Below are positions 29,768 through 39,703 of a stretch of 64,000 bases of DNA, piece by piece. Where the stretch lies: the NCBI GenBank assembly GCA_021324755.1, contig JAJPIL010000010.1, positions 1,097 to 65,096 on the forward strand, read 5' to 3'. Under the pieces are notes generated by a model that saw only the letters and a program-made list of their open reading frames with translations, had not been told where the DNA came from and searched no databases. How positions within the stretch are numbered: the stretch's first letter is position 1; every line of letters starts with the position of its first letter. Origin of the DNA: Pseudomonadota bacterium (GTDB taxonomy: Bacteria > Desulfobacterota > Binatia > Binatales > Binataceae). The position numbers were made by a program, and so were the translations under genes.

Positions 29768-30617
29768 AGCGACCCCAAAGGTCGGTTCAAACCTGTCCTG
29801 GCTATGGCTTGCAAGCCTCGCCTTTCTAACTTCGACTTGGGCCGGATGTTCCTACCAACGCCCCCTTACTTCGAATCCTCCAGTAAGCGCCAAGGTCTCG
29901 GACAAAGAGCTTGCTAAAACGCTGCTCGATAATCTGAGCAATAAAGCGCAGATCCTCTCTTCACTGCAAAGCGAAGCGTTGATGGCCTACAGCCAGAATG
30001 GGAAACGTTTTAAAGCTCGCGAGGAAATTACGCTGCGACGGCCCGACCGGTTGCGCATCGAGGCCTACTACGCTCTGGGCGTCGGGCTCATCGTCGTCAG
30101 CAACGGTAAAGAGGCTCAAGTCTTCGAGCCCTCGAAGAACCTCCTTTTGGTCGGTAAACCCAACGCCGACACACTTGACAGATTTGTTCACGTAAGGCTC
30201 GAGCCATATGAAGCAGTTGACCTGCTGATGGGCTTACCTCCGCGTCAGGACTTGAGCTGGGCCAAACCAAGTTACATTCGACGGGAGGGCAGCTTGATGA
30301 TGGTAGGCTTGCCGTCTTACGACAGTTCCAGTCTTGAGCTAGGGTTTACCGACTCGAAACTCTTGTTGATTAGGAGTCGAGAAGTCGATGGCAAGCTGCG
30401 CTACCAGGTCAATTATGACGATTACCGGGATGTCGGCGGCATTCTCATAGCCCACAGAATCACAGCGCAGTTTCCCAAAACTGGAACGCTCGTCGAGTTT
30501 TACTACAAGCAAGCGGTAGTGAACCGGGTATTCCCTGAGTCGACCTTCGCATTGTCGGTGTCACCGGCCACGAACAAAGTGATGCTGGAACGGGATATTG
30601 AAAATCTCGCAAGTTAG
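29742..30617 (+). CDS. LolA/LolB-like (DUF4292-like) lipoprotein
   Basis: Lipobox WAGC, RPDRLRIE, beta-rich LolA-fold pattern; follows the TPR gene as in TPR-lolB loci. Confidence 0.6.
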   Translation: MTPAGRLNKATPKVGSNLSWLWLASLAFLTSTWAGCSYQRPLTSNPPVSAKVSDKELAKTLLDNLSNKAQILSSLQSEALMAYSQNGKRFKAREEITLRRPDRLRIEAYYALGVGLIVVSNGKEAQVFEPSKNLLLVGKPNADTLDRFVHVRLEPYEAVDLLMGLPPRQDLSWAKPSYIRREGSLMMVGLPSYDSSSLELGFTDSKLLLIRSREVDGKLRYQVNYDDYRDVGGILIAHRITAQFPKTGTLVEFYYKQAVVNRVFPESTFALSVSPATNKVMLERDIENLAS

Positions 30618-30727
30618 CCGTTCAGCCCACATGTTTACTTTCCCGGTTACAACGACGCGCGAATTCCACGCAGACCCAACCGTCGCTGTCGCGCACAGCC
30701 AAATTCAAACGACGCGCTTTTGAACCG

Positions 30728-31738
30728 TTGAGAAGCAACCAAAACCAGGAACAATTGTCCCCCGCTCAGCAGCCTTCCAAAGTCTTGTTGAAGGTGTGCG
30801 ACCTGCGCACCTCGTTCTTCACCGAAGAGGGCGAAATCCGGGCAGTCGACGGCGTAAGCTTCGAAGTGGGCCAGGGCAAAATGATGTGTATCGTGGGCGA
30901 GTCAGGCTCAGGGAAGACTGCGACGGCATTGTCGATCATGAGACTTTTGCCCCCGCAAGCGCGAATCGTCGGCGGTCACATCTGGTTTGAAGGCACCGAC
31001 TTGCTCACGCTGAGCGAGCGTGAGATGCGCCGTCTGCGTGGCGCGAAGATCGCGATGGTTTTTCAGGAGCCGATGACTTCGCTCAATCCGGTGTTTACCG
31101 TGGGCAGTCAGATCGCCGAAGCGATCCGGCTCCATCAGCGAGTAAGTCGTAAAGAGGCTTTCGAACGGGCGATCGAAATGCTGCGGCTGGTAAAGATCGC
31201 TGATCCCGAACGTAGAGTCAAAGATTACCCTCACCAGTTATCAGGCGGAATGCGCCAGCGGGTCATGATCGCGATGGCGCTTTCGTGCAACCCAAGCTTG
31301 CTCATCGCCGACGAGCCAACCACCGCCTTGGACGTAACGATTCAAGCGCAAATACTAGATTTAATCAGCGAACTTAAGGAGCAACTGGGGTTGTCGGTGA
31401 TCCTCGTGACACACGACCTGGGAATCGTGGCCGAGTACGCTGATGACGTGACAATTCTTTATGCCGCGCGCGTGATGGAAAGCGCACCAGCCGCCGAACT
31501 CTTTCGCAGACCGCTAAATCCTTACACCCTGGCGCTACTTGACTCGATACCAGGTCTGAAGACCCCGGTCGGTGGGCGCTTGCGAGCGATTCCTGGCACT
31601 GTGCCCAGCCTGCTCAATCCGCCACCTGGGTGCAGATTCCATCCGCGATGCCCGATCGCGATCGACCGGTGCGCCCAAGTCACTCCTGCCCTTGAAGCTA
31701 AAGCGCCTAATCACTATGTCGCCTGTATCCGGGTCTGA
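30728..31738 (+). CDS. oppD: Oligopeptide/dipeptide ABC transporter ATP-binding protein (OppD-like)
   Basis: [53 protein letters not shown]. Confidence 0.9.
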   Translation: MRSNQNQEQLSPAQQPSKVLLKVCDLRTSFFTEEGEIRAVDGVSFEVGQGKMMCIVGESGSGKTATALSIMRLLPPQARIVGGHIWFEGTDLLTLSEREMRRLRGAKIAMVFQEPMTSLNPVFTVGSQIAEAIRLHQRVSRKEAFERAIEMLRLVKIADPERRVKDYPHQLSGGMRQRVMIAMALSCNPSLLIADEPTTALDVTIQAQILDLISELKEQLGLSVILVTHDLGIVAEYADDVTILYAARVMESAPAAELFRRPLNPYTLALLDSIPGLKTPVGGRLRAIPGTVPSLLNPPPGCRFHPRCPIAIDRCAQVTPALEAKAPNHYVACIRV

Positions 31739-32744
31739 CGAAAAGGTGAACGAGCTAGCTTCACAAGTCAGTGCCCCATTGGTCAAAACCGAAGGGCTGC
31801 GCAAGGAATTTCCGGCCGGCAGAACTCGCACGCTTTTCGGACGTAAACTTACGGTCAAGGCCGTCGACGGAGTGGATCTCGAGATCAGAGCGGGCGAGAC
31901 GCTGGGACTGGTAGGCGAATCGGGCTCGGGCAAGTCTACGCTTGGGCGGCTGATTCTCGGCCTAATCAAGCCGACCGCTGGCGAAGTGTTTTTTGACGGT
32001 CGTGCTCTGAGCAAGCTCAACCGGCGAGCCATGCGTCAGTTGCGCCGCGAAATGCAACTCGTTTTTCAGGATCCTTACTCATCCTTGAACCCGCGCATGC
32101 GAGTCGAAGCGATAGTAGGCGAGGGTATCGAGATTCACAAACTCAGGCGGGGACGCGAAAAGCGCGACCGAATCGTCCAATTGCTCGAGATGGTCGGCCT
32201 GGGGGCGGAAGCGCTAAAGCGCTATCCCCACGAGTTTTCGGGCGGCCAGCGCCAACGAATCGGTATCGCGCGAGCCTTGGCCGTCGAGCCGCGATTTATC
32301 GTCCTCGACGAACCGGTGTCGGCGCTCGACGTCTCGATCCAAGCCCAAATAATCAACTTGCTGCAAGACCTTCAACAACAGCTAGGGCTAACTTACCTAT
32401 TCATTGCCCACGACCTTCGCGTGGTCGAGCACGTAAGTCGACGCGTTGCTATAATGTATTTGGGTAAAATCGTAGAAATCGCCGAAAGGGAGGAAATTTA
32501 CCGCAATCCGCGCCATCCATACACCCGAGCACTGTTTTCGGCTGTTCCATCGATCGGCGCCGAGAAAAAGACTGAGCGCATAAGACTTACGGGCGAGATG
32601 CCTAGCCCGCTAAGTCCGCCTTCGGGATGCAGATTTCATCCCCGGTGTCCGTACGCGATCGAAATTTGCAAAAATGTGGAGCCAACGTTAGAAAGTGGGA
32701 CAACCGATCACGCTGTGGCATGTCACGTGTTTCCTGTGCCGTAA
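31716..32744 (+). CDS. oppF: Oligopeptide/dipeptide ABC transporter ATP-binding protein (OppF-like)
   Basis: GESGSGKST, VFQDPYSSLNPR, YPHEFSGGQRQR, DEPVSALDVS, HPYTRAL. Start uncertain (ATG 31716 or a nearby GTG). Confidence 0.9.
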   Translation: MSPVSGSDEKVNELASQVSAPLVKTEGLRKEFPAGRTRTLFGRKLTVKAVDGVDLEIRAGETLGLVGESGSGKSTLGRLILGLIKPTAGEVFFDGRALSKLNRRAMRQLRREMQLVFQDPYSSLNPRMRVEAIVGEGIEIHKLRRGREKRDRIVQLLEMVGLGAEALKRYPHEFSGGQRQRIGIARALAVEPRFIVLDEPVSALDVSIQAQIINLLQDLQQQLGLTYLFIAHDLRVVEHVSRRVAIMYLGKIVEIAEREEIYRNPRHPYTRALFSAVPSIGAEKKTERIRLTGEMPSPLSPPSGCRFHPRCPYAIEICKNVEPTLESGTTDHAVACHVFPVP

Positions 32745-32756
32745 GCGTCGGGCGAT

Positions 32757-33224
32757 GTGGGCATGTCTTCGAGAAACTCAAATATAGGTGAACGAAAAAA
32801 CATCTCGAGCGCTAAAGCTGATCCTTCTTACCCGCCGCATGTACACCAAGCTTTGGGCAACCAGCTATCATCGCTTCTGAATCAGAGAACACGGCTAGCC
32901 GTCGGCCGGGACGTAAGTGTGTCGGGTCGACTGTCGTTCAGCGAGGCCGTTCGTATCGAAGGGCACTTCCGGGGCGAGGTAACCTCAGTGGATCTTATCG
33001 TGGTCGACTCAGCTGGCTACGTAGAAGGGCGGATTAGCGCGCCTAGACTCGTTGTCCTGGGCGAAGTGAGAGGAAACGTCAGCGGAGCGCACCAAGTGAT
33101 GATCGGCCCTTTGGCGCGCTTCAGCGGTCAACTAGAGGCGAAATATTTGACGGTTTGTGAGGGCGCTCGGGTAGAAGGGGAACTGCACGTCGTTCCTGAC
33201 GCTGGCGACCCCCGAAATACTTAA
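32757..33224 (+). CDS. Bactofilin (polymer-forming cytoskeletal protein)
   Basis: Repeated beta-helix pattern: VRIEGHFRGEV...GYVEGRISA...VVLGEVRGNV...CEGARVEGEL. Confidence 0.85.
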   Translation: MGMSSRNSNIGERKNISSAKADPSYPPHVHQALGNQLSSLLNQRTRLAVGRDVSVSGRLSFSEAVRIEGHFRGEVTSVDLIVVDSAGYVEGRISAPRLVVLGEVRGNVSGAHQVMIGPLARFSGQLEAKYLTVCEGARVEGELHVVPDAGDPRNT

Positions 33225-33280
33225 CGAGGCGCAAAAGCAGGTTGAAAAAATCGGCCTCTCGCCCTAGGCACCAACCCTCC

Positions 33281-33625
33281 TTAGACGGTGGTTTGAATTC
33301 GCGCCGCCTTACCTGAAAGCTTTCGTAAGTAGTAAAGGCGCGCCCGCCTTACTTTTCCTCGACTTACGACCTCTATGCGCTGAATGTAGGGCGAATGGAG
33401 CGGGAAGACGCGCTCTACGCCTACGCCGTAAGAAACCTTGCGCACGGTGAAGCGAGTCCGGTTGTGCGCTCGATTGATCCTTATCACGGTGCCTGTAAAC
33501 GTCTGGGTCCGTTCCTTCTCTCCCTCGACAACCTTGACCTCGACGCGGACAGTATCGCCCACACGAAAGGCCGGATAATCCTTGCGCAGTTGTTCTTGCT
33601 CAAGTTTCCTGACTATCTCGTTCAT
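33281..33625 (-). CDS. rplS: 50S ribosomal protein L19
   Basis: [52 protein letters not shown]. Confidence 0.98.
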   Translation of the reverse strand: MNEIVRKLEQEQLRKDYPAFRVGDTVRVEVKVVEGEKERTQTFTGTVIRINRAHNRTRFTVRKVSYGVGVERVFPLHSPYIQRIEVVSRGKVRRARLYYLRKLSGKAARIQTTV

Positions 33626-33862
33626 GGCCCAGCGCTCCAAGTCTGTGCGTTTTATTATATCCTGCTATGCGAAAGGCTCAACCCTAACTCGCCGACAGTA
33701 TAATTGAACAGCGACCAGCTTCTTCGCAAATGCTGAGCTTTGCTTCCCGAGCCCAAGCTCCACGTCAGCACTGTAAAAGCTGGTTGCGGCAACCCTGTGC
33801 CGGGTAGCTTCGAACAGCGAAATTTTTAAGACACCTGAAGGCTCGTTCGAAAACGCCGGCGC

Positions 33863-34642
33863 TCAAGCAATTACATGAGGCAACTCTGCCCAATCATCGG
33901 GGTCGTGCATCACCCAGACTTGTGCTCCCTCGCGCTCGCTGACTTCCTTTATTCGCTTGAGCGAAGCAATGGCCAGGCGTTGATCGAAATCGGCCGGCAT
34001 CGGCGCAAAGCTTTCGAGCTGCGCCCTAATATGTGCAGCGTCGCCAGTAATCAACAAGGGATGCCTATGTGCAAACCTGATAAGCAGCGACGCGTGACCA
34101 GGGGTGTGACCTGGCGTCTTGATCATGACCAAGCTACCGTCGCCCAGAAGGTCCGTATCATCTGAAAGCTCGACCCAGTCGAAGCGACGCGTCGGCAAAA
34201 GATCCTCCAGCTTGAATGAGGCGCGCGCCGAGCGATCGGGCCAATAAGCGTAATTAAGTTCGCCCTTCATTATGAAAAATTTCGCCTGCGGAAAAAGGGC
34301 AAGCCCGCCCGAGTGGTCCAGATGGAGATGCGATACGACGACATACTTTACGTCCTGAGGTTTGTACCCATGCAGTTTAATCTGTTCATCAACAGCTTGC
34401 TCAGGGCTCATCCTGACCCCTAGATAGCTCGCTATCTTCCCCCAGCAAGCCACAGGATCGACTGCAACCTTAGGATTACATCCCGTATCGAACAGCACCA
34501 GGCCATCGGGATGCTCGATCAGAAACATCGGGATTGGTAAGACTCGTTGCCGCTCGCTCCCGCCGACCATCAAGTGAGACTCTTTCATCGTGACTGTGCC
34601 GCCTTCCATAGCGATAAGCCTGATGACTCTACCTTGGCCCAT
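33863..34642 (-). CDS. N-acyl homoserine lactonase-family metallo-beta-lactamase-fold hydrolase
   Basis: LFDTG, SHLHLDHSGG (HxHxDH), TPGHTPGH, TGDA, HD at the C-terminus. Confidence 0.82.
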   Translation of the reverse strand: MGQGRVIRLIAMEGGTVTMKESHLMVGGSERQRVLPIPMFLIEHPDGLVLFDTGCNPKVAVDPVACWGKIASYLGVRMSPEQAVDEQIKLHGYKPQDVKYVVVSHLHLDHSGGLALFPQAKFFIMKGELNYAYWPDRSARASFKLEDLLPTRRFDWVELSDDTDLLGDGSLVMIKTPGHTPGHASLLIRFAHRHPLLITGDAAHIRAQLESFAPMPADFDQRLAIASLKRIKEVSEREGAQVWVMHDPDDWAELPHVIA

Positions 34643-34759
34643 AACAGAGATTCCTTCTTGAATAAGTTGACAGGCGGACTTTCAACGTGAGGCGCGCGAA
34701 AAGCGAGCCCGATCGCGATTGGGCGTTACCAACCAAGAATAATCAATACGGTCCGACGC

Positions 34760-34789
34760 CGAGGCAAGAGGCGAGTTGCCCCTTGCCTC
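34760..34789 (-). terminator. Hairpin between the CMD-family and lactonase genes
   Basis: Minus strand GAGGCAAGGGGC-AACTC-GCCTCTTGCCTC, a 12-bp stem with one G-U pair and no U-tract. Confidence 0.4.
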
Positions 34790-34835
34790 CAATGTCAAAC
34801 CGTAATCGTGTATAAGGCTTCTTTCCAGACCTGAA

Positions 34836-35165
34836 CTACGCGCGGTCGTACAGGCGCAGAGCTAAAAGACCGTGGGTAACCGCTGCACCGGCTCGAAGCG
34901 CCGCCGCGATAAGAGCAGTTTCGGCAATCTCTTCGCGTGTTGCGCCAGCCTTCTTGGCGTTCTTGGTGTGCACCTCAAGGCAATAAGGACATTGCGTTGT
35001 GTGAGCTACCGCAAGAGCGATCAGCTCTCGGTATTTACGGGGAATTTTGCCCCCGTCCCGGCCGACAATTTTGTCGAGCTCGACAAAGCCCTGAAACTCC
35101 TCGGGAGCAAGCTTCTTCAACTCCTCGATATGCCTGAGATCTTCGCTGTCGTGGTAATGAGCCAT
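34836..35165 (-). CDS. Carboxymuconolactone decarboxylase / AhpD-like protein
   Basis: KYRELIALAVAHTTQCPYCLEVH and GATREEIAE. Confidence 0.88.
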   Translation of the reverse strand: MAHYHDSEDLRHIEELKKLAPEEFQGFVELDKIVGRDGGKIPRKYRELIALAVAHTTQCPYCLEVHTKNAKKAGATREEIAETALIAAALRAGAAVTHGLLALRLYDRA

Positions 35166-35545
35166 GGTTAAATACAATACCCCCTTTTAAGAAATTAAGA
35201 CGCACTCCACAAACGTATCCCAAGCGTTGAGCAGCAAGCAAGGTTTCGAACCTCCCCCACGGCATAATTCGCTAAAACAGTCTTCGCCCTCTACTGACTT
35301 ACGTTTACATCATAAAAAGCCGCAAGGCTGAGCAGGATGTTTTGCTTTTTTAAGCGGAGCGGTTATACTTTGACCCAGGCCACTGGTGGGGTTAAGTGCG
35401 GCGCATTGCCGACGACTCGGGGAAAGCCGCTATTGCCAAGGGAATGAAAGGCGTCACAGTTGAGTTCGTCCAGGCGGCGATATATGAAAAGCCCTGGGTG
35501 CACTAAAAGAAAGTAGGGCAGCACTTTAGAAGTCTGGAGGGTTAC

Positions 35546-35755
35546 GTGCAGCCTGACAATAGCTTTCTCTTCTATTCGATAGTCATCTTATTTCTGGTAG
35601 GACTGGGCCAAATCATATATGGAGCAATCCTGATACCGATTATTCCCGCGGTTTCGGTAAAAATTGGAGCGTTTTGTGTAGTAGTGCTGGGTGTGTTCTT
35701 TGTAATTAGAGCTGCGCTTGACTACATAAACCTATCCTTACGGCAGTCGCGCTAG
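35546..35755 (+). CDS. Small hypothetical membrane protein (two hydrophobic helices)
   Basis: GGAGG RBS before GTG; 69 aa, strongly hydrophobic. Confidence 0.55.
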   Translation: MQPDNSFLFYSIVILFLVGLGQIIYGAILIPIIPAVSVKIGAFCVVVLGVFFVIRAALDYINLSLRQSR

Positions 35756-35922
35756 GGATTTAAATGTGAAAGTTTTTTGGCTCGATACCTACACAACGCA
35801 AGCCCGACGCATGGCGCGGACCACTGTAGTCGCCGCGAGAATTAGCTTCCGGCCCAGAGCTATTCGAGGCATTGGATGAGACTGATTAACCTTACGAAAA
35901 CGATAACAAAGGGCGTTGCTTT

Positions 35923-37218
35923 ATGAAGTTTACGTGGTTTCACTTGATGCCGTATCGGTTTCTGCCCGATGATTTCAAGCGCAAGTACCGCAGCGTATGG
36001 GTCGACATACCCAGGGACCTTTACGACCCGAGAGTTGGGCACAAGCTCTATAACGAGTACCTGGACGAACTCGAATTTGCAGACAAGATGGGCTTCGACG
36101 GGCTTGGCGTCAACGAACACCATCAAAACGGCTACGGTTTGATGCCCTCGCCGAACATAATGGCTGGCGCGTTGGCGCGGCGCACCAAAAACGCAAATCT
36201 CGTCGTGCTCGGCAATTCCATTGCGCTTTACAACCCTCCCATTCGGGTGGCCGAGGAGTTCGCGATGCTCGACGTTTTGAGCGGAGGACGGCTTGTCGCC
36301 GGTTTTCCGCTCGGCACCTCGATGGACACCGTCTTCTGCTACGGCGAAGTGCCCGCCACGCTTAGAGAAAAGTACCGCGAGGCTCACGACCTTATCGTGC
36401 GCGCCTGGACGGAGCCGAAGCCTTTTGCCTTCAATGGCCGATTCACCAAGCTCCGGTATGTAAACTTATGGCCGCGACCGCTTCAACAGCCCCATCCCCC
36501 CATTTGGGTTCCCGGCGGCGGCTCGGTTGAAACCTGGGATTTTTGCGCCGAGCATGGTTATCAGTATTCTTTTCTTTCTTACTTCGGCTACAAGGCCGCC
36601 AAAAAAGTCGCCGACGGCTATTGGGAAGCAATGGCGCGCTGGGGACGAGACTTCAATCCTTACAGCTTAGGATTCGCACAGGTGGTGGCCGTGGCTGAAA
36701 CCGATAACCAGGCCGAGCGCGATTACGCGGCTCACATGGACTACTTCTACAACCGCTGCCTCCACGTACATATCGGATTCGTAGACGCCCCAGGTTATCG
36801 TAGCCCAGCCTCGATTCGAGCCAGCTTAGTTGGACAAATAAACAAACAGGGAAGGTGGTTGCGGGAAGGTCTTACGTGGAAAGACTTCGTCGAGCAGGGC
36901 TACATCATAGCCGGCTCGCCACGAACCGTGCGCGACGGTCTGCGCGAAGCCATAAAGAGCCTTAGATGCGGCCATTTAATGCTGCTGTTTCAGATAGGCT
37001 CGATGCCGCCCGAGCTGGTCCGCAAGAGCACCGAAATGTTCGCCCGCGAGGTGATGCCACACCTGCGCGATATGTGGCCTGGATACGAGGACAGATGGTG
37101 GCCGAAACGCTTACCGGCAGATGAAATGGCCGTGCCAGGGAGCACCTATGCCGATCCGTCAAACCTGATGGCAGACGAAAACAAGGCAACACCCCGAGCA
37201 AACGAGGCCTCGAAATGA
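35923..37218 (+). CDS. Luciferase-like (LLM class) flavin-dependent monooxygenase
   Basis: GFDGLGVNEHHQ, RVAEEFAMLDVLSGGRL, PLQQPHPPIWVPGGGS. Confidence 0.9.
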   Translation: MKFTWFHLMPYRFLPDDFKRKYRSVWVDIPRDLYDPRVGHKLYNEYLDELEFADKMGFDGLGVNEHHQNGYGLMPSPNIMAGALARRTKNANLVVLGNSIALYNPPIRVAEEFAMLDVLSGGRLVAGFPLGTSMDTVFCYGEVPATLREKYREAHDLIVRAWTEPKPFAFNGRFTKLRYVNLWPRPLQQPHPPIWVPGGGSVETWDFCAEHGYQYSFLSYFGYKAAKKVADGYWEAMARWGRDFNPYSLGFAQVVAVAETDNQAERDYAAHMDYFYNRCLHVHIGFVDAPGYRSPASIRASLVGQINKQGRWLREGLTWKDFVEQGYIIAGSPRTVRDGLREAIKSLRCGHLMLLFQIGSMPPELVRKSTEMFAREVMPHLRDMWPGYEDRWWPKRLPADEMAVPGSTYADPSNLMADENKATPRANEASK

Positions 37219-38000
37219 AAACAGTACTTAAACTTTCCTCGGGCAGACATTCGGTTGAAATCCACGAAACTGGTTCGGGTGACAACTGGCTGATGTTCCT
37301 CCACGGAGCCGGAGGTCTGCTTGGCGCGGAAGTTTTTCTTGACCTTCTGGGCCGCGACTTCCACGTCATCGCGCCCCATCTCCCTGGCTATGGCGAGTCG
37401 ACCGGAGGCGAACTAATCGAGGACGTTTTTGACGCGGTGCTGTTCTACCACGAGCTGATGGACGAGCTTGGGATAGGTTCGGCCCATCTAGTCGGCCATT
37501 CAATGGGTGGAATGCTCGCTGCTGAACTTGCAGCCTTCAGTCCTAATCGCGTAAAACGCCTGGTGCTTATAGCAAGCGCTGGGCTCTGGCTTGACGAGCA
37601 TCCAATACCGGACTTTTTCTCCGCCGACGTGCGGGAGCTCCCAGCGATGCTTTTCTACGACCCTAATTCGCCAACTGCAAGACTGCTCATGAGTACGCCC
37701 GACGATACCGAAGCGTTAACGGCGATGTACATAGAGCGCTCAAAGCGTCTAGCAATGGCTAGTAAGTTCTTATGGCCGATTCCCGACCGTGGCCTGAAAA
37801 AGCGCGCCTACCGAATCAAAACGCCGACCATGCTGCTTTGGGGAGAGTCCGACCGGTTGGTTCCGCCCGCATACGCGCGAGCATTTCAAACGTGTATCCG
37901 CAACGCTTCGGTAGAGATAATCCCTGAGGCAGGGCACATGCTGCCGTACGAAAAGCCCGAAGAGTTCTGTAAGAAAGTGAGCGGCTTTCTAAGGAGCTGA
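37215..38000 (+). CDS. Alpha/beta-fold hydrolase, coupled to the LLM gene (ATGA overlap)
   Basis: FLHGAGG, GHSMGG nucleophile elbow, GESD, AGH. Confidence 0.88.
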   Translation: MKTVLKLSSGRHSVEIHETGSGDNWLMFLHGAGGLLGAEVFLDLLGRDFHVIAPHLPGYGESTGGELIEDVFDAVLFYHELMDELGIGSAHLVGHSMGGMLAAELAAFSPNRVKRLVLIASAGLWLDEHPIPDFFSADVRELPAMLFYDPNSPTARLLMSTPDDTEALTAMYIERSKRLAMASKFLWPIPDRGLKKRAYRIKTPTMLLWGESDRLVPPAYARAFQTCIRNASVEIIPEAGHMLPYEKPEEFCKKVSGFLRS

Positions 38001-38167
38001 AAAGTTCGCAAGCCACGACAGATCTTGCGAATCGAAAGGCTTCACGCAGCGAGGCTACGTTAAAAACTTTCAGCAAAAACCTACCACTGCTGAAAAAAGC
38101 GCAGTCCGAAGCGCCTCCGAACAGCGGGATTTTCCGCTGAACGCGACAAAAGATCGCAAACAACGAC

Positions 38168-39136
38168 TTACTTTATTGCCTGCGGATTTATAGGCGACGC
38201 AACCGCGCCCGTAATCGGCAACGGCGGCGCGACGAACATAAATTCGTAACGCCCGTCGCGCGCACAGTCTTGAGCAAGCTCCTCAAGGTCAAAAATTTCG
38301 CCGATCAGCAGCCCCATATGAACCAGACAAATTATATGGAGCGGCAGGAATATCTCTGGTCCCTCGCTAGGAAGAACCTCGGTGCTCCACGTATCGGTAG
38401 CCATCGCCGCCACCTGTTTTTCGAAAAACCAGGGTGCGGTCAGCATGCTCAAACCAGGAGCGCTGCCCCCGGCGTAGTCTCCCCAGCTTCCGCGCGCTCG
38501 CACTTGAGCTATTTGACCGGTGCGTATGAGCACTACGTCTCCAGTGCCTACCTTGATGCCCTCTTGTTTTGCACACCCGTCAAGGTCTTCCGGATAGATA
38601 GCCTCGCCCGGGTCGAGCCATTTCTTGCCCTTGTACGCGGCAATATCGAGCAAGACACCCCGACTTACCACTTTGTCCTTGAGGTTGGTAATACTGTTCT
38701 TTTTGGCACCGAAGCCGCTCACCAAAGCGGCGTCGTAGCCGTTGTACATCTTGCCTTCGAAAAAAACGTGCGCTAGCGAATCCCACTGCGTAGCCGCCTG
38801 CAATGGCATGATAATGACGTCGTCGGCGCTGTGAAGTCGGCGATGCGCCTGGGCACCAACCATGGCGTCTGCGCCCGTCCGACTCATTAGATGGATGGGG
38901 TTAAACCGCTGATGCTGGCTGAATGGTAGACCGGCACCGCCCTGGGGCCCATCGCTGTCGAAAGGAATCGCCAAGGAAATCACTTTGCCATCGCGCACGA
39001 GCTGGGTGGCCTCGCGAATCTTCTCAGGCGTTATGTAGTTTACGGTTCCGAGCTCGTCCTCCGGGCCCCATCTGCCCCAGTTCGAGCACTGCCTTGCGAG
39101 CTCGCGCATCCTCTGAGCAGTAAATTCTCCTGCCAT
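38168..39136 (-). CDS. Cyclase family (kynurenine formamidase-fold) protein
   Basis: NWGRWGPEDELGT, QAATQWDSLAH, GDVVLIRTG, IGEIFDLEEL, PLPITGAVASP. Confidence 0.85.
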   Translation of the reverse strand: MAGEFTAQRMRELARQCSNWGRWGPEDELGTVNYITPEKIREATQLVRDGKVISLAIPFDSDGPQGGAGLPFSQHQRFNPIHLMSRTGADAMVGAQAHRRLHSADDVIIMPLQAATQWDSLAHVFFEGKMYNGYDAALVSGFGAKKNSITNLKDKVVSRGVLLDIAAYKGKKWLDPGEAIYPEDLDGCAKQEGIKVGTGDVVLIRTGQIAQVRARGSWGDYAGGSAPGLSMLTAPWFFEKQVAAMATDTWSTEVLPSEGPEIFLPLHIICLVHMGLLIGEIFDLEELAQDCARDGRYEFMFVAPPLPITGAVASPINPQAIK

Positions 39137-39703
39137 ATAGCTTTTCCCGATGGTCAGCGCGCCTATCGCCGCGTGAATCATAGAAAGTCTTACGTGCTCA
39201 ACCGCGGGGCCGTCAAGCAAGAAAAGCTTCCTTCGGCCACTTTGCGCGAAAAGATTCGGCAATCGCTGTCAGCCCACCCGCTGCAAGACGAAAGCTATAG
39301 GCTTTAGCTGACCAAGGCGGCCCCTTTTTCGACGATATCCCAAACATTGCAAATTAGGTAAACTTGTGAGAGGCGAAAATTAGCTCAAAAGGAGATGCAC
39401 TTAACGCAACGCGCTCTTTGAGTGGCCTCAAGGGAAGGTAGAAAAACCAAAAAACATTTGACGAACCTTAACCCGCGCGAAATACCGTGCGGGAGGCAAC
39501 TCCACGCTGTCGTAGAAGGAGCCTTTCGATATGAAGCTCATGAGGTCTTAAAGTGCGAGGAGAGCCAGTCTATTCACGAGATTATTGGGCTAGCTTAACT
39601 GCATTCGAAGCTTAAGGGCGCGCACAAAGCCATATTACTTTTAAATTCGCGCGCTGCGCTGGCGCTGAAAGCAGACAAAGAGGTCTTTTTGAGGGGACAG
39701 GCG

